DNA of 64,000 nucleotides from Candidatus Berkelbacteria bacterium. Its GTDB lineage: Bacteria; Patescibacteriota; UBA1384; 2-12-FULL-50-11. The notes beneath the pieces were generated by a model. That model was not told where the DNA came from, ran no database searches, and saw only the letters and a program-made list of their open reading frames with translations. Position 1 is the first letter of the stretch. Each line of letters starts with the position of its first letter. The stretch covers positions 671,951 through 735,950 of the forward strand of contig CP066697.1 in assembly GCA_016432625.1 (NCBI GenBank), written 5' to 3'. Position numbers and translations under genes: made by a program. This document shows positions 36,770 to 46,487 of the stretch, piece by piece.

Positions 36770-38817
36770 ATCGCTTCTTGAACGCACTAGCCGTGTTTGG
36801 CGCCGTCGGGCTGATCGCCCTTAACACTTGGTATCTGAACAACCCAGTTCTCGGGATTTTTGGCCTCTTCGCTTATTGTTTTATTCTCAGCCGGCATTTT
36901 GGCGCCCGACTGGGCTTGGGGAGCAACCTCGGGCAGAACTTAGTCGGTCTACTTTTCTTGCTTGCCTCTCTCGCCCTGTTCGGTGCGGTACTGATCGCGG
37001 GTGCGGCGCTAACTAAGTCACTAACGATCGCCGCACTAGCGGCGCTCGGTCTTTTCAGCCTGGCCCCACCAATAAAGACAGTCGCCGTGGCTACTGAAGC
37101 GACGCCTACCGAGGACGACGACCAGCTCCTGCCACCACTGTTCAGTCGGATTTCTTTTGCAGTTTTTGTTGGTTCGGTCTTAGGAATGGTAATTATCCTG
37201 CTCTTTTTGCGTAACGGCGATTACTACTATCGCTATTGGGATATCCTGCCGATTAAGTATTGGGTAACGGCCGCCGTGGCGTTGGTGAGTTTTGCCTGTG
37301 TTTTAGTCGGTAAGTTGCCCCCGAAATTGAAACTACTTAGCATCGTCGCGTTTGGCTTAGTAATCCACGGGACGATCCTGATGCTTGCCCGAACTGAGTA
37401 CGACGGCGACGGTTACCGACACCTATCGATCGAACGATACCTAACAACAGAGCTGCCACTGTACCAGCTGACCGCTCTAACTCTAACCGACATCATTTAC
37501 CTAGGTTCCTGGGCACTAAACGTTATGGTTTCTTGGCTTACCCAAGTCCCAATAGACATTGTTCACAACTACCTGCCCTGGCTCTCTGTGTCGGTCTTCC
37601 CTCCGGTGTTGCTGTACCTTGCCGGCCAGGAAGTCTGGAAACGTCGACTGCCGGCGCTATTGATGGCAGTCGCGCCGCTGTTCTTCTACGAAGTAACTGT
37701 CCATGGGATGATCTCGAACCCAAAGTCGCTCGGCTACATACTCCTAATCTTCAACATCCTCCTGGCCCTAAGAACGATTAACTCACCTAGGCTTATTTGG
37801 CTGCCCGGCGCGATCGTCGCTTTTAGTAGCCTGATGACTTACCCCCTAACCGGGCTATTCAGCCTGATGGTATTCCTACTGAGTCTGTTTTCCCGATGGC
37901 GTTTCAGTCTCGGGCGAAATCTGTTTTTTATCATTATCTGCCTGGCAGGAGCCGCGGCCTTTCCTTATTTAGACTGGCAAACTGGTTCTAATTTTCCGTT
38001 CACAGATTGGGTAGATATGAGCGTCCAGCTTCTAGCCAAGTGGGCCTCGGTGATTCTACTGACAGGCCGGCAGATCTCGTTCCCGCTGTTGCTCTACTTC
38101 TTAGTCGGGCTTGGCCTGTTTCGGCTTTACGCCCAACCAAGTACGCGGCGTTATGTGCCTTTACTTCTCCTGCCGCTTATCGCGACACATTTGGCTTACG
38201 CCTGGCGTCTAAGCTTGCCGATTCAGCCAGCTTTTACAGCCCGAATTTACATCTCGCTCGCGGTATTCTTGATGCCGTTTATCGCCGGCGGCATTGCTTC
38301 CTTAAGCGATAGCGCCGGCGTGCTTCTCGGTAAAGCGCGAGGCAGCCTGATAGTTCTTGCGCTAGTGCCTTTATTCGTCGCCGCTACTCATGCCATCAGC
38401 CCAACCACCTGGAGTATTTCGACCCGAGAGATTGAGGCGATTAAAGCCATTGACGAAGAAAATCCTGATCGAAGCTACGTGGTTCTAACCGAAGAGATTA
38501 CTTCCGCCGCGGCCAACGCCGTGCTTGGCTACACCGTAGCGCCGTACTACCGCTACCCGACCGGCGACCTCTTCCAGTTCTCAAGCGAAATCAGTTTACG
38601 ACCGAGCATAGATACCTTGGAGCGAGCACGACGTCATTTCAACGTGAGAAAAGTTTACGTCATCACCAATCCGCTGCCGCCGTTTAACGATCAAGTAGCG
38701 CGTAAACGCTTCGAACAAATTCTGCCGGTTCACCTAAACTACGACAACCGGGTCTTTGTTTTCCGTTACCCAGGGCCAGTAGTAGAGCCGCGTGAGTCAG
38801 ACAAAGAAACGCCGTAG
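36766..38817 (+). CDS. Large multi-pass membrane protein (683 aa), possibly a GT-C-type glycosyltransferase or polymerase
   Basis: More than 12 predicted TM helices. Located in a glycan cluster. No soluble catalytic domain is recognisable. Confidence 0.4.
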   Translation: MNRFLNALAVFGAVGLIALNTWYLNNPVLGIFGLFAYCFILSRHFGARLGLGSNLGQNLVGLLFLLASLALFGAVLIAGAALTKSLTIAALAALGLFSLAPPIKTVAVATEATPTEDDDQLLPPLFSRISFAVFVGSVLGMVIILLFLRNGDYYYRYWDILPIKYWVTAAVALVSFACVLVGKLPPKLKLLSIVAFGLVIHGTILMLARTEYDGDGYRHLSIERYLTTELPLYQLTALTLTDIIYLGSWALNVMVSWLTQVPIDIVHNYLPWLSVSVFPPVLLYLAGQEVWKRRLPALLMAVAPLFFYEVTVHGMISNPKSLGYILLIFNILLALRTINSPRLIWLPGAIVAFSSLMTYPLTGLFSLMVFLLSLFSRWRFSLGRNLFFIIICLAGAAAFPYLDWQTGSNFPFTDWVDMSVQLLAKWASVILLTGRQISFPLLLYFLVGLGLFRLYAQPSTRRYVPLLLLPLIATHLAYAWRLSLPIQPAFTARIYISLAVFLMPFIAGGIASLSDSAGVLLGKARGSLIVLALVPLFVAATHAISPTTWSISTREIEAIKAIDEENPDRSYVVLTEEITSAAANAVLGYTVAPYYRYPTGDLFQFSSEISLRPSIDTLERARRHFNVRKVYVITNPLPPFNDQVARKRFEQILPVHLNYDNRVFVFRYPGPVVEPRESDKETP

Positions 38818-40662
38818 CCAAATTTCCGCGTTATACCAGCGCCATATCGTCCGACTATGGTCTTTCTTGCCTGCTTGGTGCTCATCGAGCAGCGCTCGTA
38901 AGGCGGTTGGCTCGGCGTACTCCCAGATCATGAGCTGTTTTTGCTTGAAGAACTGTCTCATAGATCTAGCGAGTTCCTCGCGGAACCAGACCGATTCAGG
39001 TGTGACAAAACCCATTTTGTCTTGACGGGTACGTATCGCCTCCGGCACAGCCCCTTTAATCGCTTTTCTAAGGATTGCCTTAGTCGTACCGCGCTCAATC
39101 TTGTAATGGTCGGGCAAGCTGAAGGCGTACTCCACCAGGCGGTAATCCAGAAACGGTACCCGCGACTCGATAGAAAAAGCCATTGAGTTACGATCCTCGT
39201 AGTGCAGCAAGGCCGGTAAGCTTAGTTCACGAAAGAGATGGGCTAGATAATTGGTGAAAGCGTTCTCGTAACGACGCGGCACCTCTAGGCCGTGGAACTG
39301 ATCCTTGAAAAATTCCCGCCGGAAGACTGGGGAGTTGTTGACTGAGGGGAGTGACGCGACTGAGCGTACGACCGGACGTGGCAACAAGAGAACGGCAAAT
39401 GAGCGCAGGGCGTCAACAAGCGAGGACGGATGAAGGTGCTTGAAAGCGGCCAATTCACGGCCTAGCTCTAGCCAGTGCAGCTCCCTGAATAACTGGAAGA
39501 AGTACGAGCCAAAATAGCCGTGGTAGCCAGCTAGGAGCTCGTCGGCGCCCTGTCCGTCGAGCATCACTTTCATCTTGGCTTTTTTAGCCAGCTCAAACAC
39601 TTTCCACTGGGCGAAAATGCTAGTTGAGCCAAACGGCTCGTCTTGATGCCAGGTCACCTTTTCTGCAAGGTCCAGCACCTCTTGTGGCTGTAAAAAAGTC
39701 TGATGAGCTTCAACGCCAGTTGCGGCAACTACCTGATCGATAAATTGACGCTCATCAAACCTCTTAACGTCGAAGCAAGAGGAGAAGACCTGTTGGGCCT
39801 GCCCGATGCTTTTGCCATCTTCTTGACGTAAAAACTTATTAGCCAGCCCGACAATAGCCGACGAGTCGAGTCCGCCTGACAAGCATGAGCCAACGGGGAC
39901 ATCGCTACGCAGCCTAAGACGTACAGAGTCGGTCAGTAATGCTTCAAACTGCTCCACAGGATCAGTGCTGGGTACGGCCGCGGGGCGCGGCAACTCCCAA
40001 TACGACTTGATTTTATATTTACCGCCTTCGGCGACGAGATACTCGCCGCCTTTGAGCTGGTTAATCCCTTCGAACATCGTCTCAGTGGTGTGGTCCAAAA
40101 AACCGTAGAACAGGTAGTCGAATAAACGCGCCTTGTTCGGCCGAGACCCTTTGCCAAGAACCGGCAGGATCGCCTTGATCTCCGAGGCAAAGAGCAGCCG
40201 GCCGTTATCACTCGCCCAATACAATGGCTTGACTCCCATGCGGTCGCGGGAGAGAACTAGCCGCCTCTTCTTCTTGTCCCAAATCGAGAGCGCCCACATT
40301 CCGTTAAAGTGTTTGAAGCACTCCAAGCCATATTCTTGATAGGCCTTCAAGATCACTTCCGTGTCGGACTCTGAGGCAAACGTATGCCCCTTACTCTTTA
40401 GCTCGCTCATTAGCTCGCGGTAGTTATAGATCTCGCCGTTGAAACTGACGACCACTGATCCGTCGGTAGTTTTCATTGGTTGGTGACCGGCGCTCGTCAG
40501 GTCGATAATCGACAACCGGCGGTGGGCGAAGGCAACCTCTTCGTCGAGGTAAGTGCCGTGATCATCCGGACCACGGTGAACGATCGTCTCGATCATCTCG
40601 CCGATCTCGGCGGCAAGAACCTTTTTCCCTCTTAGATCCAGTACACCAGCAATGCCACACAT
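38797..40662 (-). CDS. asnB: Asparagine synthase (glutamine-hydrolysing)-like amidotransferase
   Basis: N-terminal 'MCGIAGVLD' Ntn-hydrolase Cys2. 'SCLSGGLDSSAIV' PP-loop (SGGxDS). 621 aa. Confidence 0.9.
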   Translation of the reverse strand: MCGIAGVLDLRGKKVLAAEIGEMIETIVHRGPDDHGTYLDEEVAFAHRRLSIIDLTSAGHQPMKTTDGSVVVSFNGEIYNYRELMSELKSKGHTFASESDTEVILKAYQEYGLECFKHFNGMWALSIWDKKKRRLVLSRDRMGVKPLYWASDNGRLLFASEIKAILPVLGKGSRPNKARLFDYLFYGFLDHTTETMFEGINQLKGGEYLVAEGGKYKIKSYWELPRPAAVPSTDPVEQFEALLTDSVRLRLRSDVPVGSCLSGGLDSSAIVGLANKFLRQEDGKSIGQAQQVFSSCFDVKRFDERQFIDQVVAATGVEAHQTFLQPQEVLDLAEKVTWHQDEPFGSTSIFAQWKVFELAKKAKMKVMLDGQGADELLAGYHGYFGSYFFQLFRELHWLELGRELAAFKHLHPSSLVDALRSFAVLLLPRPVVRSVASLPSVNNSPVFRREFFKDQFHGLEVPRRYENAFTNYLAHLFRELSLPALLHYEDRNSMAFSIESRVPFLDYRLVEYAFSLPDHYKIERGTTKAILRKAIKGAVPEAIRTRQDKMGFVTPESVWFREELARSMRQFFKQKQLMIWEYAEPTALRALLDEHQAGKKDHSRTIWRWYNAEIWLRRFFV

Positions 40663-41688
40663 TTAGAGCTCCCTTAGCAAAAGCCTAGCAACTGCTTGAT
40701 GATCGTGGTAGCGCCGGGCGAAGGCGGCCGATCTGACGCCGAGCTTGGCTAGTTGGCTAGGGTCACTCGCCACCTGCTCGATCTGCTCTGCTAGTGTTTC
40801 GGCTGTGACGTTGATGATCGGGCAGTCTTTGAGGCCGCTCTTCTTGATTAAAATCGGCTCTAAAAAGCACATCACTGGCTTGCCAAGTGAAAGAGCTTCA
40901 ACGGCCAGACTGCCGTACCAACCGATTTTTACTTGGTCGATAATAAGGTCTGCGCGGGAGATCTCGTGCAGGACTGTTTCGTGTGGCTTGCCTTCGATAA
41001 GTTTGAGTTTGATTAGATGGCCCTGACGTTGTAGCTGGCTAACCGCCGCGATGATGAAACTCGTGCCCTTAACTGAACGCTCCGTTGGGGCGTGAAGGAG
41101 GGTCAGCACTTTGCCGGGCTTCTTAGTTACGGTTGCTTTGGGCAAGATATGAGCGTACGGCAAAAACTTCGCGGCCTTAGCGACAAAGAGTAGATCTGGG
41201 TTAACACAGTACGTCTGATGGGCGAAAAGCTCCAAGTACCTCAAGCGCCACAGCTTTTTCCAGTCCGGGATCTTGGCACAGACCGGACAAGTTGCGGCGT
41301 GATCAACGACGATCGTTTTCTTTCCTTTGGTTGGATAGCTCATTTTTTGCAGTCGTATATCACAACCCTGGAAGATAAAAATTACTTTCTTACCGAACAG
41401 GCGCAGTAGCGGTAGATCGAGACTGTACGGCAGAAGACTCTGAGCAAAGTAAAAGTAAAAAACATCACAGCGCCTGAGGGCTCTTAGGAAAAAATGCCAG
41501 CGCCTTACAATTCGCTGAAAATTACCCAGGTCCTTCAGCTCAAGATCGATATCGGCGCCGTAATTGAAATAATTACGCTCCAAAACCATCGTCCTCGAGT
41601 TCTGCCCGAGCTCTTTCATACCTTTAGAAATTGCCCAAGCTTGCCCGCCAACATCGGTCGGAGCGTGCAAAATTGCCCGCTGTCCCAT
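40663..41688 (-). CDS. Glycosyltransferase (GT-B, family 1/4-like); paralogous to the C-terminal half of 44088-45305
   Basis: 'LTLLHAPTERSVKGTSFIIAAV...IGWYGSLAVEALSLGKPVMCFL' aligns with 'VTIVHAPNNRIVKGSDYLIDIV...IGWHGFTAIEAMALGKPVLCYI'. Confidence 0.5.
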   Translation of the reverse strand: MGQRAILHAPTDVGGQAWAISKGMKELGQNSRTMVLERNYFNYGADIDLELKDLGNFQRIVRRWHFFLRALRRCDVFYFYFAQSLLPYSLDLPLLRLFGKKVIFIFQGCDIRLQKMSYPTKGKKTIVVDHAATCPVCAKIPDWKKLWRLRYLELFAHQTYCVNPDLLFVAKAAKFLPYAHILPKATVTKKPGKVLTLLHAPTERSVKGTSFIIAAVSQLQRQGHLIKLKLIEGKPHETVLHEISRADLIIDQVKIGWYGSLAVEALSLGKPVMCFLEPILIKKSGLKDCPIINVTAETLAEQIEQVASDPSQLAKLGVRSAAFARRYHDHQAVARLLLREL

Positions 41689-43175
41689 TAGTCGACAGCT
41701 CCCCTCGGGACACTACGCGTGCGCTTCCAAAATTTAAGGTCCACGGCGATAATCTGGCGCAGAATTTTCAGTTCTTCTCGGTCAACTGCGCCGCTCAACA
41801 GAACTAGGCCGGCAAAGGCTCCGAAGTAGGCGATTTTCCAGGCAGCCGTGACCAACCCCACGCCGTCAGGCAGCACGAACGTTAAACCAAAACCCAGAGC
41901 AACTACTGGCGCTAATCGTCCGATCCTACCCCAAGGCCAAGGGCAACGTAGGTAGCGCGACGAGACGGCGCCGTAGGTTATCGTTAAAACTAGATATGCC
42001 GCTAGCGTCGCCCAAGCGGCCCCCAACATGCCGAAATTTGGCACTAGCAAAAGATTGCCGCCGATATTCACTAGGGCGGCTAGTAGCGCTCCGATAGCGA
42101 TGACCGAAGTGCGCCGAGCGATACTCATTCCTAGGGTTGTCAGCTGCGTGGTGGCAAAGACGACGTAGCCAAGCGCTAGAATCGGCACGACTTTAACCGC
42201 ATCAAAGAAGGCCGCGGTGGTTAGAAGCTGTAGGATCTCTTGTGAGAACAGGGTGATTAATAAGGCAAGTGCCGAGAAGAATACCAGGACGTAGAGCAAG
42301 AACCGAGCAAAAAGGAACGGTGATTCTTTCGGCATTTCGGCGTGTTTCGAGAGGGCAAACGGCGCCCATGCCTGGGCAAAAGCGCCGATAAATAAGGTCA
42401 TCATGCTAGCCACGCTGACGCCGACGGAATAGATGCCGACCTCTGATAAATCGCGTAAACGAGCCAGCAAAAAGCGATCCGAAAGGTCAACGACAAACAA
42501 GGCCGCCGCCGCTGGCACTAACGGCAACCCATAGCGCAGCATTTTTGTTAAACGCTCTCGATCGTAAGTAAAAGCGAGGAATCGCCGACCGAGAATGAGG
42601 GTGATGAAAAAGCCAAAGGCTGTACCAATCAAAAGACCGCCAAAATAGCCCATTACGCCCTGGCCTTGGAAAACTAGCCAGGCGGCGACGCCAAGCGATA
42701 AGATTCCGGTCAGAACCGTTGAGACCATAAATGGCCACGGTGTGAAAGTTAGCCGGAAGAAACTTCGTACTAGCTGAACAATGACGCCCAGGCCACTCGA
42801 TAAGAAGGCGAGAATAATTAGCTCGTCGAGCTCACTATTGCCGAGTAGCCAGCCCGCTAATGGTTTGGCGAGTAAGATCCCGAGGGCCGTTAGAATAATC
42901 CCTAGGCTTAAAGAAAACCAGACGGCGGTAGCCGTGGCTTGTCGCTTGCCACTATCGCCCTTCTCGTCAAAATATTGCCGCTGTGCCGCCGAAACCATGC
43001 CGGCGTCGTTGATCAGGCCGACAACGGCCGTTAAAGCTACGAGAACGCTAAGAACCCCGTAATCGGTTGGGCTCAGAATCCTCGTAAAAATCGGCACCGT
43101 CACCACACCAAGGGCTCGGATAATCGCGTCGCCGAGGCCGTAAATGACGACGTTCTTAACGAGTGCGGAGCTCAT
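41688..43175 (-). CDS. Polysaccharide flippase, Wzx / MOP superfamily
   Basis: 495 aa with about 14 TM helices. N-terminus 'VKNVVIYGLGDAIIRALGVVTVPIFTRILSPTDYGVLSV' is typical of Wzx. Confidence 0.75.
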   Translation of the reverse strand: MSSALVKNVVIYGLGDAIIRALGVVTVPIFTRILSPTDYGVLSVLVALTAVVGLINDAGMVSAAQRQYFDEKGDSGKRQATATAVWFSLSLGIILTALGILLAKPLAGWLLGNSELDELIILAFLSSGLGVIVQLVRSFFRLTFTPWPFMVSTVLTGILSLGVAAWLVFQGQGVMGYFGGLLIGTAFGFFITLILGRRFLAFTYDRERLTKMLRYGLPLVPAAAALFVVDLSDRFLLARLRDLSEVGIYSVGVSVASMMTLFIGAFAQAWAPFALSKHAEMPKESPFLFARFLLYVLVFFSALALLITLFSQEILQLLTTAAFFDAVKVVPILALGYVVFATTQLTTLGMSIARRTSVIAIGALLAALVNIGGNLLLVPNFGMLGAAWATLAAYLVLTITYGAVSSRYLRCPWPWGRIGRLAPVVALGFGLTFVLPDGVGLVTAAWKIAYFGAFAGLVLLSGAVDREELKILRQIIAVDLKFWKRTRSVPRGAVD

Positions 43176-44085
43176 GAGAGGCTTTTGATCGTTTTGTTTT
43201 TTTCGAATTCGACTTATTGGCCGGGCCTAGCTCGAGGAAGAAGTGCTTACTCCCCTGGTTCAAGTGGTCCTCTAAAAGAAAATAGTTTGTGGGGCGAAAA
43301 TCGGCTGGCCTGAAGGAATCAAGTAGACTTTGCCGGGTAAATCTATGGAAGTGGAATTGGTCAGTTGGCCGATAATCGACACCGGCAGCAAGATACGGAT
43401 TGAGAAATCGCCGCCCGGCATCGCCTAAGCGCCCCCGTGAAATCAAATAAACCACGTCCTTCAGGTAACTGGCGAGCGTAATGTTACGGCCAGGGCTGTA
43501 TTCGAAAACAGTAATCCAAATAGAAACCCGGCTGTGAGGCTTAAGAACTCGTCGAATTTCTTTCATGACTGGACCTAGCTCGATGATGTGATCGAGACTG
43601 GTGGCTAAGACAACCTGATCAAAGACGTCGTCCTTGAAAGGCAGTTTCTCGGCAATTGCCTGGACAAAGTGGTACGGCCGCTCAATTTTACCCCGGAGCG
43701 GATCTAAGCCAATGAATGTTAGCTTGCGGTACCACTCTGGCTTGACGTAAAAAAGTGTCGGTTCAATACCGCAGCCAATATCAAGAACGACAGTATCGTC
43801 CTTGAAGTTACAGAACTCACCAAACTGCCCCGCAACCCGGTTGGAGAGAGCGATATACGTCGGATCCGGGTTCTCATAGTCTTCGAGTCCATGCTCCTGT
43901 TTCTCCTCCCATTCCTGCCACTTCGATCCTGACATTGCGCTGTGCGGCAGTAACACCGGCGAGTCGTGGTCGACTTGGAAACGATGCTGGCGCTTACAGA
44001 CTAGCTCATCTCCAACCAGCGATAGTGGCCTGGAGCAGTCTGGGCAGATTAATAATTTAGCAACGGTGTCGTTCATTGCCGTCAA
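43156..44085 (-). CDS. Class I SAM-dependent methyltransferase with N-terminal zinc-ribbon
   Basis: 'CPDCSRPLSLVGDELVCKRQHRF' zinc-ribbon. 'VVLDIGCGIEP' SAM-binding motif I. Confidence 0.7.
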   Translation of the reverse strand: MTAMNDTVAKLLICPDCSRPLSLVGDELVCKRQHRFQVDHDSPVLLPHSAMSGSKWQEWEEKQEHGLEDYENPDPTYIALSNRVAGQFGEFCNFKDDTVVLDIGCGIEPTLFYVKPEWYRKLTFIGLDPLRGKIERPYHFVQAIAEKLPFKDDVFDQVVLATSLDHIIELGPVMKEIRRVLKPHSRVSIWITVFEYSPGRNITLASYLKDVVYLISRGRLGDAGRRFLNPYLAAGVDYRPTDQFHFHRFTRQSLLDSFRPADFRPTNYFLLEDHLNQGSKHFFLELGPANKSNSKKTKRSKASHELRTR

Positions 44086-44087
44086 GC

Positions 44088-45305
44088 CTAATCCTTTCCC
44101 CTCACCGAGGCAACGTCGCCACCCCAGACCTCACGATATATTTTAGCCAAACGCTTGCCACCAGCTTTAAGTGAGTAAAACTTTTCCGCGAACTCCCGAC
44201 CCTGCCGGCCAAGTTTTTCCCTCAAGGCGCCGTCGGTGATAAGGTTCTTCAGGGTTTCGTAGAGCGTGTCTGGATTGGTGTTGACGATCGGGCAATTGAT
44301 GCCCTTTGGTAAGTAGGATTTCTTGCGGATATAGCAAAGTACTGGTTTGCCGAGCGCCATCGCTTCAATAGCGGTGAAGCCGTGCCAACCGATCAGAAAT
44401 TGCTCGGCAAAGATATCTGCCTTGGCGTAGTGCTGCTTGGCAACTTCATTCGGCATTTTTTCGACGAGATCAAGCTCGACTGGATAACCTTCTTTTTTCA
44501 GACGCTTAACGATATCGATTAGGTAGTCTGAACCTTTGACGATTCGGTTATTAGGCGCGTGAACTATCGTTACAGCCTTCTTCTTGGGGTCGGGGTATTG
44601 CGGCGTCCAAGCGTCAGTATCAATTGGCCAGTAAAAAACGTCGTTACGCGACCCTGGCGTGTACTCAATCATGTCGCCCATCGAGACCATAAGATTAGCC
44701 CAAAGCGCGGCTGCCTTGATATCGGCGCGGACGATCCAGGCTGGGCGTTCGCTGTAGCCTTTCGGGTGAAAACTGTAACAGTGGTACTTGCCCAAAGCTC
44801 GGGTGATATCTTCCAAACGCACGTCGGCCCCATACGGGTAGACGATAATTTTCTTGCCTGCTAGCCGTAGAAGCGGGTACTCAAAGAATTTGATCAGCGG
44901 GTTAGGGTAGAGGAAGCCGCCGATGTAAAAGAAGTTAAACAAGTCATACCGCCAGCTTGCCCAGAGGAACGTGCCAAGCGGCACAAGGAAGCTCGTCAGA
45001 TGGTTTTGGTACCACTTCGTCAGGTTATAGGTGAAGAGGTCCTTGTGGACAATATGGTAGGTCTGGTAAACGACGCTGTCGCTCTCGTATCCCGAGACGC
45101 GATCAGCTCGAACGTTGTAGTGGATATTGATAATTGGCACCGGCGCCCAGACAACCCGCGGTTTCTTGGGGCGAAAAAGTAGGTATTTCAGCCAACTTAG
45201 TGGCGCGATCACCACCAGGAAGATCGGTAAAACAACGGCTACAAAAAGCAACGCCTGAAACAAGGCGTAAATCCACATCACGATAGAAAAGATAATTCGC
45301 TTCAT
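44088..45305 (-). CDS. Membrane-anchored glycosyltransferase (GT-B, family 1/4-like)
   Basis: N-terminal TM 'IYALFQALLFVAVVLPIFLVVIAPL'. The C-terminal domain is paralogous to 40663-41688. Confidence 0.5.
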   Translation of the reverse strand: MKRIIFSIVMWIYALFQALLFVAVVLPIFLVVIAPLSWLKYLLFRPKKPRVVWAPVPIINIHYNVRADRVSGYESDSVVYQTYHIVHKDLFTYNLTKWYQNHLTSFLVPLGTFLWASWRYDLFNFFYIGGFLYPNPLIKFFEYPLLRLAGKKIIVYPYGADVRLEDITRALGKYHCYSFHPKGYSERPAWIVRADIKAAALWANLMVSMGDMIEYTPGSRNDVFYWPIDTDAWTPQYPDPKKKAVTIVHAPNNRIVKGSDYLIDIVKRLKKEGYPVELDLVEKMPNEVAKQHYAKADIFAEQFLIGWHGFTAIEAMALGKPVLCYIRKKSYLPKGINCPIVNTNPDTLYETLKNLITDGALREKLGRQGREFAEKFYSLKAGGKRLAKIYREVWGGDVASVRGKD

Positions 45306-45446
45306 TCTTGAAGATTGATGGCGTAACCGACTTCAAAATTTTACTCTTATTCTCCCGATTATTAAAGGAGTGGCCAAGGTAGACCGGGGAGGGCGGCTAT
45401 GTTATATTGCCTTGCGAATATAGCAACAAAATTAGAAAGGCTCTTC

Positions 45447-46478
45447 ATGGCAAGCAATTCCAAGATCCTGAAAGAACACCCTGAAGTTGGCAAGCTCAAA
45501 GGCAAGAAGGTGGTCGTGACCGGCGGGGCCGGTTTTATTGGTTCGCACCTCTGCGAAGAGCTAGTTAATTTAGGCGCCGACGTCACTAGTATTGACGATT
45601 ACTCAGCCGGCAAAGAGCGCAATCTTGAGTTTCTCAAGGAAGCCAAGAATTTTAGAGCGCTCAAAAAAGACGTCACCGACCAAAAAGACTGGGAAGACAT
45701 CTTCGGCGACGCTGACGTCGTCTTTCACAACGCCGCTTCCAAGAAAAACATCTGCCTGATCAACCCTCATCGCGATCTGGAGGTTAACGCCGGCGGTGCT
45801 TTGAACCTGATGCAGCAAGCGATGAAGTATAAGGTCAAGAAGTTCGTCCACGCTTCAACGGGTTCAGTTTACGGCGAGCCAAAAGTTTTCCCCTCCAACG
45901 AAGAGCACCCGCTCGTGCCGGTATCGTATTACGGCGTCAGTAAATTGGCTGGCGAAAAGTACGTTTACGCCTTCCACCACCTATATGGCCTGAATACTAC
46001 GGTGCTCCGCTACTACCACGTTTATGGCACTCGCCAGGAATCGAACGAATTCGGCGGCGTCGTCTCGATCTTCCTACGCAATATTATCGAGGGTAAGCCG
46101 CTAACAATCTTTGGCGACGGCACCCAGCAGCGAAGCTTCACTTGGGTCAAAGACATCGTCAAAGCCAACCTACTTGCCGCCGTCACCGAGCGCTCAAACG
46201 GTGAGGCCTATAACTGCGCGTCCGGCATTAAGGTCAGTATCAAAGAGTTGGCTGAAAACTTAGTCAAGATGATGAAGGCGCCAGGTGTCAAGATCGAGTA
46301 CGGCGACTGGCTGGTTGGCGATGTAAAGTACTTTGACGTCGATAACTCCAAAATTCGCGATCATCTAGGGCTAAGTTTCGAAAAAGACTTTTGGGGCAAC
46401 ATGCAGAAAACCATCGACGAGTTCCTAGTCTATCTTGAGCGCGAAAAAAAGCTCGCCGCTAAGACCTCAAAAAAGTAA
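45447..46478 (+). CDS. NAD-dependent epimerase/dehydratase (extended SDR; UDP-sugar epimerase/decarboxylase type)
   Basis: 'KKVVVTGGAGFIGSHLCEEL' Rossmann motif and the 'YGVSKLAGE' YxxxK catalytic motif. Start taken at ATG 45447 (MASNSKIL), which has a GAAAGG RBS. The ORF is open from 45399. Confidence 0.85.
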   Translation: MASNSKILKEHPEVGKLKGKKVVVTGGAGFIGSHLCEELVNLGADVTSIDDYSAGKERNLEFLKEAKNFRALKKDVTDQKDWEDIFGDADVVFHNAASKKNICLINPHRDLEVNAGGALNLMQQAMKYKVKKFVHASTGSVYGEPKVFPSNEEHPLVPVSYYGVSKLAGEKYVYAFHHLYGLNTTVLRYYHVYGTRQESNEFGGVVSIFLRNIIEGKPLTIFGDGTQQRSFTWVKDIVKANLLAAVTERSNGEAYNCASGIKVSIKELAENLVKMMKAPGVKIEYGDWLVGDVKYFDVDNSKIRDHLGLSFEKDFWGNMQKTIDEFLVYLEREKKLAAKTSKK

Positions 46479-46487
46479 ACTCATTTT

